Positions 44,648 to 53,490 of a stretch of DNA of 64,000 bases are shown piece by piece (positions within the stretch are counted from its first letter, which is position 1; each line of letters starts with the position of its first letter). Source of the DNA: an uncultured bacterium (GTDB taxonomy: Bacteria > Zixibacteria > MSB-5A5 > CAIYYT01); NCBI GenBank assembly GCA_963726455.1, contig CAVSCK010000004.1:1056001-1120000 (forward strand), given 5' to 3'. The notes under the pieces are model-generated. The model was not told the DNA's origin. It did not search any database and saw only the letters and a list, made by a program, of their open reading frames with translations. Position numbers and translations under genes: made by a program.

Positions 44648-45633
44648 GGCTTAACTCCTTCCAGCGCTTCTTCCGCAGTCGTCTCCACATTCTCCGGCAT
44701 CGGTTGCGCGCCGGTCAGAGGCGTCAGGTCGTGTTTTGGCCCCATCGACCACTTGTCCTGCACGTCCAGCAATCGCCCTTCGCGATAGACCAGATCGCCC
44801 AGGATCATGCGGCGATTCTGTGGATACGGCACGCTGGGACAGGCCTCATAGCATGAGCCGCAACTGTTGCACTTCAGCGGATCAACGTACCGGGCTTTCT
44901 TCTTGATCTTGACTTTGAAGTTGCCGATGTAGCCCTCGACGTTTTCGATCTCCGCGTAAGTCACCAGCTTGATGTTGGGATGCTTCCCGACCGAAACCAT
45001 CTTCGGCGTCAGAATGCAGGCAGCGCAATCGAGGGTCGGGAAGGTCTTATCAAAGTGTGACATGTGTCCGCCGATGGAAGCATCGCGTTCGACCAATATC
45101 ACCTCGTATCCGGCGTCCGCCATTTGAAGCGCGGCTTCAATACCTGCAATGCCCGCGCCAACGACCAGGACTCGGCGAGTAATCGGCACACGACGCATTT
45201 CCAGCGGTACCTGGTAGCGAACGCGCGCGACGGCAGCTTTGACGAGCGCTGTGGCTTTAGCCGTCGCGGCTTTGGGATCAATCGTCACCCAACTTACCTG
45301 TTCGCGCACGTTGGCCATTTCGAACAGGTAGCGGTTCATCCCGGCAACTTCCACCGCTTTACGGAAAGTATTTTCGTGCATCAGCGGGCTGCAGGCAGCA
45401 ACTACGACGCGATCGAGTTTGAGTTCCTTGATATCTTTCTGAATCATTTCCTGGCCGGGGTCGGAGCACATGAAACGATAATGTCTGGCGACCACTACGC
45501 CGGGGAGCGACTTGGCGGCCTCGGCGACTTTGGCGACATCCACCGTCTTGGCGATGTTGGTGCCGCAATGACACACGTACACGCCGATGCGCGGGATGCC
45601 GTTGCCGCCGCCAACCTTGAGATTGTCAGTCAT
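44644..45633 (-). CDS. hdrA: Heterodisulfide reductase subunit A, N-terminal half
   Basis: IGVYVCHCGTNI, CSDPGQ, AACSP, GAGIAG FAD motif, DKTFPTLDCAACIL, ARYVDPLKCNSCGSCYEACP, then stop. Confidence 0.9.
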   Translation of the reverse strand: MTDNLKVGGGNGIPRIGVYVCHCGTNIAKTVDVAKVAEAAKSLPGVVVARHYRFMCSDPGQEMIQKDIKELKLDRVVVAACSPLMHENTFRKAVEVAGMNRYLFEMANVREQVSWVTIDPKAATAKATALVKAAVARVRYQVPLEMRRVPITRRVLVVGAGIAGIEAALQMADAGYEVILVERDASIGGHMSHFDKTFPTLDCAACILTPKMVSVGKHPNIKLVTYAEIENVEGYIGNFKVKIKKKARYVDPLKCNSCGSCYEACPSVPYPQNRRMILGDLVYREGRLLDVQDKWSMGPKHDLTPLTGAQPMPENVETTAEEALEGVKP

Positions 45634-46511
45634 GCCCTAACCTCCTTTGCACAGGCGATTAGCTTGTCCGGCGAGATCAGAAAATCGTTCAATCCCATCC
45701 GGGCGGGCGGAACTCCAAGCGCGACGCCGACCAGGTGGCTGAAATAGACGATCGGTATGTTGAAGTTCCGGTCGAAGGCCTGATTTATCTTCTTCTGATA
45801 GGCCTCCAGATTCATTTGGCAAAGCGGACACGCGGTGGCAATCAGCTCCGCCCCATTATCCACAGCCGCTTGCAAGAGAGTCATATTCAATTTCAGGGCG
45901 ACACTTTCTTCGGTAGTCATCAACATGCCGCCGCAGCAGCGCACTTTGCCGGGAAAGTTGGTTACTTCGGCGCCAAGCGCGCGCAACAGATTGTCCATCG
46001 TGATTGGATCATCGACGTCGTCGAAGAAGCCATAAGGCCTTACAATCTGGCAGCCGTAGTAAGGCGCGACTTTGATACCCGTCAGTGGATTGACGACTTT
46101 CGCTTTGATAGCTTCAATGCCGGTGTCGTTGACGAGAATATCGACTGGGTGACGTACCTCGGTCTTGGCATCATACGAGAGATTGGCGGCGCCAAGCGCT
46201 TGATTGATCTTATCGCGCTCTTTCGGATCCCAGCAAAGATGCCGATTGGTCTTCCGCAGAATTGTGAAACAACTGCTGCAGGGAGCGCAGACGTCCATTC
46301 CCATTTTCTGCGCGATCGCGAGATTACGGGCGCTGATCGAAAAGGCGACCGTGTTGTTGACGGACATGTACATCGTGGCGCCGCAGCAGTTCCAGTCTTC
46401 AATTTCGTGCAGGCCGATGCCCAGCAACTTGAAAACCTCGCGGATCGACTTGTCGTACGGACTCGCTGCCGTTTCCAAGCTGCAACCGGGATAGTAGGCG
46501 TAGTCCGACAT
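45630..46511 (-). CDS. hdrB: Heterodisulfide reductase subunit B
   Basis: YYPGCS, two CCG domains (WNCCGA..PCSSC; YYGCQ..RCCGG..ACPLC). Confidence 0.93.
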   Translation of the reverse strand: MSDYAYYPGCSLETAASPYDKSIREVFKLLGIGLHEIEDWNCCGATMYMSVNNTVAFSISARNLAIAQKMGMDVCAPCSSCFTILRKTNRHLCWDPKERDKINQALGAANLSYDAKTEVRHPVDILVNDTGIEAIKAKVVNPLTGIKVAPYYGCQIVRPYGFFDDVDDPITMDNLLRALGAEVTNFPGKVRCCGGMLMTTEESVALKLNMTLLQAAVDNGAELIATACPLCQMNLEAYQKKINQAFDRNFNIPIVYFSHLVGVALGVPPARMGLNDFLISPDKLIACAKEVRA

Positions 46512-47098
46512 CAGTTCTCTCCTAGCTGGTTTGCGCGTTTGATAATTGCGCGAACTTCGTTGATGCGTTTGATCCTGCTGGGTAACACCGCCAGCCGTCC
46601 GCGGCGAAACATGGCCAAACCGAAGCCCGCCATTGTGAACATTTTCACAAAATTGGACTTTAGTAGATACCGAACAACGAGTCCAAGCTCGTGGTTTCTG
46701 CCGTAACGGTAGACGTTGTCTATGAACGCCTTGGACAGCGAATGCACCGGAAATTTGGCCGGATAAATCTTACGCGACATCGCGATACGCTTGAGCGCGT
46801 ACAATGTGTCGGTCACCCTGATTCCCGAAGGACAGCGGACGGTACACGAGTAACACGAAGCGCAGATCCAGATCGTGCGGCTATGAAGAATATCTTCGAT
46901 CCGTCCAGCACGAAACAACGCCACCGTCTGTCGCGGCGTGATGTCCATCGCATATGACACTGGACAGGCGCCACTGCAGGTGCCGCACTGAATGCACGAC
47001 TTGATCTTGTCGCCTTCCGGGACGTTCTTCAACTGTCCCCAGAAAGCCGATCGTAACTCGGCCTCGCTCTTGGGAAAAGGTTCGATTTTTTCGATCAT
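46511..47098 (-). CDS. hdrC: Heterodisulfide reductase subunit C
   Basis: CIQCGTCSGACP and WICASCYSCTVRCP; TGATG overlap with hdrB. Confidence 0.92.
   Translation of the reverse strand: MIEKIEPFPKSEAELRSAFWGQLKNVPEGDKIKSCIQCGTCSGACPVSYAMDITPRQTVALFRAGRIEDILHSRTIWICASCYSCTVRCPSGIRVTDTLYALKRIAMSRKIYPAKFPVHSLSKAFIDNVYRYGRNHELGLVVRYLLKSNFVKMFTMAGFGLAMFRRGRLAVLPSRIKRINEVRAIIKRANQLGEN
46633..46650. promoter_or_regulatory. Perfect Rex-type operator inside hdrC
   Basis: ttgtgaa-catt-ttcacaa. Confidence 0.55.
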
Positions 47099-47223
47099 AC
47101 ATACTCCCGCATCTCGGAAAGTTCGGAACCGTTATCGCTGCCGCGACAATGCTCCGGCACACGTCTTCCCCGCGTGCTCCAGAAGGTACACTAAACTTGT
47201 CTTTCATCGTTTAGTGTGTCTAT

Positions 47224-47268
47224 ATTCTACTCCCCGCACCGGCACGTGTCAAGAGATTTTTTTCACAA
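47224..47268 (-). promoter_or_regulatory. Sigma70 promoter of the hdr-nuo-mvh operon with abutting Rex half-site
   Basis: TTGACA (47252-47247)-N17-TAGAAT (47229-47224); ttcacaa half-site at 47262-47268. Confidence 0.7.
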
Positions 47269-47561
47269 AGTCATCATATTGTTTGTGTCGGCACTCTCCC
47301 GCAATCACCTTAACTGGCGCATGTCAGAACACAGGTTACGCCCTCCGGTTTTTCACCTACATCGCCGCTTCCTGGCACAAGTATCCGGCAATTGAGCTTA
47401 CCGATGCAGCCCAAATCCGATCTCTTTTTTGCGTTTTCAGAACCCAGAATTGTGATTGCGTATTACATTGCCGCGCAATATATAAGCTTTGTATTTTAGT
47501 CGGGCAGCGGGCAGGATGGGAACTTCACCGGAAAGGACGCGTAAGCTCTTTATACAACGCT

Positions 47562-49244
47562 ATGGACGCCAAGCAATACACTACAGAAAGCCGATTCTCG
47601 GAATCGCGGACGAAAACCGTCAGCGAGTTCTATGACGAAGTCAAGGGGCTCCTCCAGACTAACGCACTGGCAGTACTGATCTACCATCGGCTCCGCATGG
47701 AGCTGGAGGTTCGACTGTTCATGCCGTCCGAACTGCGGACGTTTTCTCTGCGCGAGATTGCCCCCAACGAGTTCGAGGAATTGGCTCTTGCCGACCTTCC
47801 GCCGCGAAACCCGGTCTATCTGGCTTTGTGCGACATTGTGGGTTATTGCCCCTCCGGTCACAAGGCATATCTCGTTCACGCCGAAGGGTATATATCGGCC
47901 ATGTTCCTGCTTTTTGCGCAGGAAGACCTGCAACCATTATCGGAATATCTGGAGCGTCACATTGAGCTATTCTCCTTGAAGCTCCACCATGCGATTCTCG
48001 TCGACGCTTACCACCGCAGCATGCTGGAACTGGAACTGCTTCAGGAAACTGGCGAAGTACTCTCCATGTCATTCCACATGGAGGAGGTATTCAAGGGAAT
48101 TGTCAGTGCCATACAGAAACTGCATCCGTTCGACGCACTGGGTATCTTCATTCTGAGCCCCAATAACGAGACCATGGAAGAGATCTTCTCAAAGGGTTAC
48201 GAATCCGAATCATCACGGCACATGCTGGAAATAAAGGCCGATCGCGGCCTGGTCGGCTGGGTCACCAAGACCGGCGAGCCGGTGATTGTGCCCAACGTCC
48301 AGGAGGATCCCCGATACGTCAATACCCGGGAAACCACTCACTCAGAGCTGGTCGTGCCGCTCTATTCCGGCAAACAGGTAATCGGCGCCTTTAATTTGGA
48401 GTCCGATCAATATGACGCTTATTCCCCGCTCGATCTGGAAATGGTGCGGGCGTTTGCCAACCAGGTCTCGCTATCAGTTACGCGGGCACGGCTTTACAAG
48501 GAACTCGTGATCAAGAATCGCATTGACGATCAACTGGAAGTGGCGCGGGACATTCAAAAATCTTTCCTTCCCGCCGGGCCACCGAAATATACCGGATTCG
48601 ATTTTGACGCGATCAATATCTCGTCTGAGCAGGTTGGAGGCGACTATTTTGACTTTATCCCGATTGTCGACCAGCAATTGGGGGTCACAATAGCCGATGT
48701 TTCCGGCAAAGGGCTGCCCGCGTCATTAATCATGGCGTCGTATCGCGCGTCTCTTATAGCAGAGATAAGGAACAACTATGCCATCCGGACAATCATGCGC
48801 AAAGTGAACAATCTGATCTGTGAATCTGTAGAACGAGGAAACTTTGTCACGGCTGTCTATGGCGTCTTGGATACCAGAAATCGGGTGTTCACTTTCTCCA
48901 ACGCCGGTCATAATCCACCATTTGTCTTGCGCAAATCAGGGGAAGTCGAATTCCTCACGGATGGTGGGCTTATCTTAGGAATTATGCCGGATCGCGACTA
49001 TCAGGAGCGCCCGCTTCACATTGGCACCGGCGATATTCTGGTATTGTATACCGACGGAGTTACCGATTCAGAGAATGAGAAGGGGGATCAGTTCGGCACG
49101 GAGCGGCTGGTGGAATTAGTTCGATTAAACAAGCGGTTGCCGGCCAGGGAAATCAGAACCAGAATAGTCACGGCCATTGACCAATTTCGCACCGGTGACG
49201 GCCAGCCGGATGACCTGACGCTGGTCGTAATCAAGTCTGAATAG
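47562..49244 (+). CDS. GAF + PP2C (SpoIIE/RsbU-like) phosphatase
   Basis: GLVGWV..SELVVPL GAF; VGGDYFD, IADVSGKG, NAGHNPP, LYTDGV, DDLT; ORF extension upstream of 47562 is likely non-coding. Confidence 0.9.
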   Translation: MDAKQYTTESRFSESRTKTVSEFYDEVKGLLQTNALAVLIYHRLRMELEVRLFMPSELRTFSLREIAPNEFEELALADLPPRNPVYLALCDIVGYCPSGHKAYLVHAEGYISAMFLLFAQEDLQPLSEYLERHIELFSLKLHHAILVDAYHRSMLELELLQETGEVLSMSFHMEEVFKGIVSAIQKLHPFDALGIFILSPNNETMEEIFSKGYESESSRHMLEIKADRGLVGWVTKTGEPVIVPNVQEDPRYVNTRETTHSELVVPLYSGKQVIGAFNLESDQYDAYSPLDLEMVRAFANQVSLSVTRARLYKELVIKNRIDDQLEVARDIQKSFLPAGPPKYTGFDFDAINISSEQVGGDYFDFIPIVDQQLGVTIADVSGKGLPASLIMASYRASLIAEIRNNYAIRTIMRKVNNLICESVERGNFVTAVYGVLDTRNRVFTFSNAGHNPPFVLRKSGEVEFLTDGGLILGIMPDRDYQERPLHIGTGDILVLYTDGVTDSENEKGDQFGTERLVELVRLNKRLPAREIRTRIVTAIDQFRTGDGQPDDLTLVVIKSE

Positions 49245-49246
49245 CG

Positions 49247-49275
49247 TTGACACTCTAACTCACCCGTGTTATACT
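49247..49275 (+). promoter_or_regulatory. Sigma70 promoter
   Basis: TTGACA-N17-TATACT with extended -10 TG. Confidence 0.7.
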
Positions 49276-49309
49276 TGACCGGGTGGCTAACGGATAGATT
49301 GGAGATTCT

Positions 49310-50401
49310 ATGAGTCGGAAATGGCTTACCCTGGCCGGAATCGCACTTTTCGCTTTAACTTCCCTGATCGTTTCAAGTTGCAGCAAGGACAAAGGCGCGG
49401 TAAATACTGACCCCTCCAACACCGTAATTGTTAAGCTCGTGTCAACTCCTCCGGACACGCTTGACCTGATAAATGATCCCGGCTGGGCTAGCGCTGAAGA
49501 AACCAGTATTCGCATTGGCGTGGACGCAGCTCACAGCAATGATCTCGGCGTCGGCCTGGTCAAAGTCCAAGCCATTAGCGACAATACGAACCTGTACATG
49601 AAGTTCAACTGGCGCGATTCGAGCCAGTCCATCCGCCCGGGCTATTGGAGTTACCTGCCGGACACAGCTGCCTGTCCCGGAAAAGTCTGGGCACAGAATC
49701 TCGGCGCCAACTGCACCGAAATCGATAACGCCGTCACTCCCCGTTGGGAGAACGAGGACGTATTGGCTCTGATGCTGGATATGGGAACCAACGGCACTGA
49801 CAAAGCCGATTGCGGCAACACCTGCCATCTTCTCATTGACACGACCATGCAGGGACTCAGACACTATACTTCGGGCGGAACGGTAGATGCCTGGGTCTGG
49901 CGTGCCGGACGCACCGATCCTCTGCATCTGGCGGATGACGAATGCTGGGGACCGCGCGAGCAGCTCACACGCCATGACTCATTCACGGTCGAGATCTACA
50001 CAATGAATGCCGACGAGCGGGAGGACAACAGACTACCGATTAAGATGCATTCGTCCGGTCATGGGTTTACCGGCAACGTACTCTTGGAACCGGAAACTAT
50101 TCCGTTTGCTCAGGATATAACAGTCGGCTGGGCTCCGCGAGACGGCCTCCCCGGTTGGATCATCAAGCCGGATTGGTATTACAACAAAGTTTCACGTTAT
50201 GATGTCAAGGCCAAATCCGAGTACGACGATGTTGTCAAGCGCTGGACCGTTGTTTTGTATCGAAAGCTAACGACGACTGACCTGCAGGAAGACGTCAATT
50301 TCAACGACGGCAGAAAAGAATATCAGGCGACCATGGCGGTGATGAATCACGCGTTTGAGCGGCACTCCGGATCACTGCCGTTCATCATCAAATTCCCTTA
50401 G
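49310..50401 (+). CDS. Lipoprotein with ethylbenzene-dehydrogenase-type (DOMON-like) heme-binding domain
   Basis: Lipobox VSSC; LYMKFNWRD, EDVLALM, CGNTCH, DAWVWRAGRT, WTVVLYRKL, terminal H. Confidence 0.7.
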   Translation: MSRKWLTLAGIALFALTSLIVSSCSKDKGAVNTDPSNTVIVKLVSTPPDTLDLINDPGWASAEETSIRIGVDAAHSNDLGVGLVKVQAISDNTNLYMKFNWRDSSQSIRPGYWSYLPDTAACPGKVWAQNLGANCTEIDNAVTPRWENEDVLALMLDMGTNGTDKADCGNTCHLLIDTTMQGLRHYTSGGTVDAWVWRAGRTDPLHLADDECWGPREQLTRHDSFTVEIYTMNADEREDNRLPIKMHSSGHGFTGNVLLEPETIPFAQDITVGWAPRDGLPGWIIKPDWYYNKVSRYDVKAKSEYDDVVKRWTVVLYRKLTTTDLQEDVNFNDGRKEYQATMAVMNHAFERHSGSLPFIIKFP

Positions 50402-50425
50402 AGACATAGCCCAAGATGAAATAAG

Positions 50426-50465
50426 AGAAGCCCACCACCTGCGAAGATGGCGGGCTTCCTATTTT
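50426..50465. terminator. Probable terminator
   Basis: gaagcccaccac...gatggcgggcttc imperfect hairpin plus tatttt between convergent genes. Confidence 0.5.
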
Positions 50466-50511
50466 AGCGTGCTTTACTTAACCTCAAGTCGGGCAATTAT
50501 GCACTGATGTC

Positions 50512-50859
50512 CTAATCGTGTTTCAGGGGCAGTACTGAGACGATCACCAACTCCGAGTCACCGGTGTTTTTGATCTGGTGAACCTGACCGCCCGGCACGA
50601 AGACTACATCGTCCTTCTCCATGCGACATTCCCGGCTGCCGTCAGTCACGAGTCCTTTTCCCTTAACAACAAACAGCAAGTGTTCGTAATCGTGCGTATG
50701 AAGGGGCGTATATCCTTCCGGATCGACCTCCAGTATTCGCATAACGATGTCTTTGGCGCCGTCTTCCTCGGCAATTGCCACTCGCATGCTGACACCAACG
50801 GCCTTTTCCTTGAGAAATGCACCACGCTTTTCAACTTTGTTGTAATTCCTGACCTTCAT
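50512..50859 (-). CDS. Cupin domain protein
   Basis: TPLHTHDYEH, GKG, VFVPGGQVHQIKNTG. Confidence 0.88.
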   Translation of the reverse strand: MKVRNYNKVEKRGAFLKEKAVGVSMRVAIAEEDGAKDIVMRILEVDPEGYTPLHTHDYEHLLFVVKGKGLVTDGSRECRMEKDDVVFVPGGQVHQIKNTGDSELVIVSVLPLKHD

Positions 50860-50953
50860 CTCTGCCAGTCTCCTCTGCCGGAAATTACTCTGCGGCCGTC
50901 TGGATGTCAAATTATTCTTGACAACGACCGAAATGCCGTCGTTTATCGAGTAA

Positions 50954-51757
50954 ATGGAACTCGCCATCGGTACCTGCTTTGACTATAAAATCCCAATTTC
51001 CGAGCAATTGGAGAAAATCGGCGCCACGCCGTTTCGACTTGTAAGTTTGGGGGGCGATGCGACGCATTCAGGTTACTTGACCCCGGGCGGACGGTTGCGA
51101 GTATCTACTCTGGCAGAAGAACAGGGTATCAAGATCGATTCGCTGCATGCTCCATACGGCGTCAGGCACGATCTGTCGCTGGTCGACTCGGAGGAAAGAA
51201 TGGCGGCTGTCTGTCGGATTGCCATGACGATGGCGGCGGCTGTAGAGCTGAAAGCAAATACGGTAATACTTCACCTTCAGTCCTGGCCGGCTGAGCCGGG
51301 CGTTCAAAACATCGATGCGTTATTGCGGTCGCTTGAAGCGCTGATCGAGTCGGCAGAAAATATGCGAATACGCCTCGCCGCCGAAAACCTTCCCGGACAG
51401 ATAGCGCACGATTTTCTCACGCGGGCGTTTGACGAATTTCAGTCCGACTATTTCGGATTCTGCTATGATTCGTCTCACGATCAACTTGGCCCGGAAAAGC
51501 CGTACGAGATTATAGAGCGGTACGCCGACCGCCTGTTTGCCGTGCATCTCTCTGACAATGACGGAGCCGATGATCGCCACTGGATACCATTTACCGGAAT
51601 TGTCGATTGGGAACGCATCTGCTACATTCTTAACAAGTCCCGTTATACCCATTCCCTATTGCTTGAGGTCGAGAATCCGCAACAGATTCCGACAGAGGAA
51701 TTCCTTACCAAGTCCGCGGACGCTGCCCTGCGTCTCAACAAATTGATTGAGTCGTGA
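50954..51757 (+). CDS. Sugar phosphate isomerase/epimerase (xylose isomerase-like TIM barrel)
   Basis: SLHAPY, LAAEN, CYDSSH, VHLSDNDG..DRHWIP, LLEV. Confidence 0.85.
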   Translation: MELAIGTCFDYKIPISEQLEKIGATPFRLVSLGGDATHSGYLTPGGRLRVSTLAEEQGIKIDSLHAPYGVRHDLSLVDSEERMAAVCRIAMTMAAAVELKANTVILHLQSWPAEPGVQNIDALLRSLEALIESAENMRIRLAAENLPGQIAHDFLTRAFDEFQSDYFGFCYDSSHDQLGPEKPYEIIERYADRLFAVHLSDNDGADDRHWIPFTGIVDWERICYILNKSRYTHSLLLEVENPQQIPTEEFLTKSADAALRLNKLIES

Positions 51758-51811
51758 TCGGGAAATTTGTCTGCCACCCGGAAGCCAAAAGATGCTAAGA
51801 ACGGTCTTGAC

Positions 51812-52693
51812 CTACCCGCGCTGTGTCAAGAACACGCCTCCGATTACCATTACGCCGCCGAGGTAGAATGATGTCGAAAGCGACTCACCCACCAACAACA
51901 CGGCAAGCACCGTCGCAAACACCGGCTGTAGATTCTGAAAAATGGCCAATTTGGATGTGTCCATTCTTGCGAGCGCCCAATACCAGATCGAGTACGAAAT
52001 CACCGAGGTCATCAGTGCGATGTATCCCAATGACAGCCATGCCTTGAGCGGAACCTGTGCATAATCAAAATGAATTGCCGGATACAATCCGAACGGCAAA
52101 TAGGCGAGTGTGCCCGCTGTCAGTGCATAGGCCGTGATCGTAAGCGATCCGTATTTGTTCAACAGGTCTTTACCCAGAACCGTGTAACCCGCCCAGGCGA
52201 CGACGGCGAGTATCACCAGGAAATCTCCGAACAGTACTCCCTTACCCGCATGTCCTCCTCCATGTAGGATGACGCCAACACCGGCAAACGAAACGACGAT
52301 GCCTAGCACTTTCAGGATGGTCGCTTTCTCTTTGAGGAAGAAAGTCGCAAGCAGAAACACGAAGATTGGTGTCGCCCCAAAATAGAGAGCGGATCGACCC
52401 GCCGTGGTGTACTGCAATCCACAAAGGAACAGCAATTGATTCGCGGGTACCGCCAACAATCCGACGATCAGAATCCGCAGCATATCGCGGCGTTCAACCT
52501 TGCGCAGCCGGTGGGTCAACGAAATGAGTGTCATCAAAGCGATCGAGGCGATACTGAACCGCAGTAATGCGAGCGTCAACGGTTCGATGGAAGTGACCGC
52601 GATCTTGGCGATCGGGAAGGTTCCAGCCGCTACAAGTTGGCCGAATATGATGATCGGGAAGATCCAACGGGCGGAGGGTTTGGGTAAGTTCAA
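51812..52693 (-). CDS. DMT/EamA family transporter
   Basis: About 10 hydrophobic helices in two EamA repeats (LALLRF, FFLKEK, NLQPVFA). Confidence 0.88.
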   Translation of the reverse strand: MNLPKPSARWIFPIIIFGQLVAAGTFPIAKIAVTSIEPLTLALLRFSIASIALMTLISLTHRLRKVERRDMLRILIVGLLAVPANQLLFLCGLQYTTAGRSALYFGATPIFVFLLATFFLKEKATILKVLGIVVSFAGVGVILHGGGHAGKGVLFGDFLVILAVVAWAGYTVLGKDLLNKYGSLTITAYALTAGTLAYLPFGLYPAIHFDYAQVPLKAWLSLGYIALMTSVISYSIWYWALARMDTSKLAIFQNLQPVFATVLAVLLVGESLSTSFYLGGVMVIGGVFLTQRG

Positions 52694-52701
52694 GGTGCGC
52701 T

Positions 52702-53490
52702 TCAGATCGTCTTTATGTAACCGCCGTCGATGTTCAGTGCCACTCCCGTTATGTAGCCCGCCTTTTCGCTTGCCAGAAACGCCGCCAGATATCCGAGCTC
52801 CTCTGGTTTTGCCAGCCGCCCGGCAGGAATCATTTTCTTCCAGCGATCGTAAACCTTTTCCGTCGACGTGCCGGTCGCCTTGGATGTCACTGCCGCTAGT
52901 TCGATCAATCGTTCGGTATTGGTATAACCGGGACAGATCGTATTGACCGTGATACCGTAAGCGGCGTACTCGTTCGACAATGCTTTGGTGAGACCATGGA
53001 CACCGGGACGAATTGTGCTGGACAGTATCAGGGTTTCACTGGCCTCGATGGCAGATATCGAAGTGATGTTGATGATTCTTCCCCACTTCTGCTGCTTCAT
53101 CGCCGGAATTACGGCGGAGCAGAGGCGGATCGTCGATTTGAGATTCAGATTGTAGGCCGAATCCCAAGCATCATCTGCAATCTGTTCGAAGCGCTGCATG
53201 GGAGGTCCGCCGGCGTTGCAGACAAGAATATTGACGACGCCAAGACGCTTGTTGACTTTGGTGATCGCGGCTTCGATGCGCTTCTTGTTCGTGACGTCAC
53301 AAACGACCGGCAATACATCGTTCCCGGATTTCGAAGAGATATCATTGGCGGCTGTACTGATACGCTCCTTGTCGCGCGATAAAACGGCAACGCGAGCGCC
53401 TTCTTCGCTGAGAACCTGCGCGATTGCTTTGCCTATGCCCGACGATGCCCCGGCTACCAATGCGACTTTGCCGGTCAAACCCAAATCCAC
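52702..53490 (-). CDS. SDR family oxidoreductase
   Basis: AGASSGIG, VCNAGGP, GRIINITS, TICPG. Confidence 0.9.
   Translation of the reverse strand: MDLGLTGKVALVAGASSGIGKAIAQVLSEEGARVAVLSRDKERISTAANDISSKSGNDVLPVVCDVTNKKRIEAAITKVNKRLGVVNILVCNAGGPPMQRFEQIADDAWDSAYNLNLKSTIRLCSAVIPAMKQQKWGRIINITSISAIEASETLILSSTIRPGVHGLTKALSNEYAAYGITVNTICPGYTNTERLIELAAVTSKATGTSTEKVYDRWKKMIPAGRLAKPEELGYLAAFLASEKAGYITGVALNIDGGYIKTI

Noticed and set aside
37439-45633. Selenocysteine in MvhA, MvhD or HdrA
   Set aside because: Relevant positions are ordinary Cys codons (DPCFGC, CNWCSY, TLDCAAC); no in-frame TGA
46992-47561. N-terminal 190-aa extension of the PP2C ORF
   Set aside because: Overlaps hdrC and its promoter; Cys-rich non-coding-like composition; real start more likely at 47562
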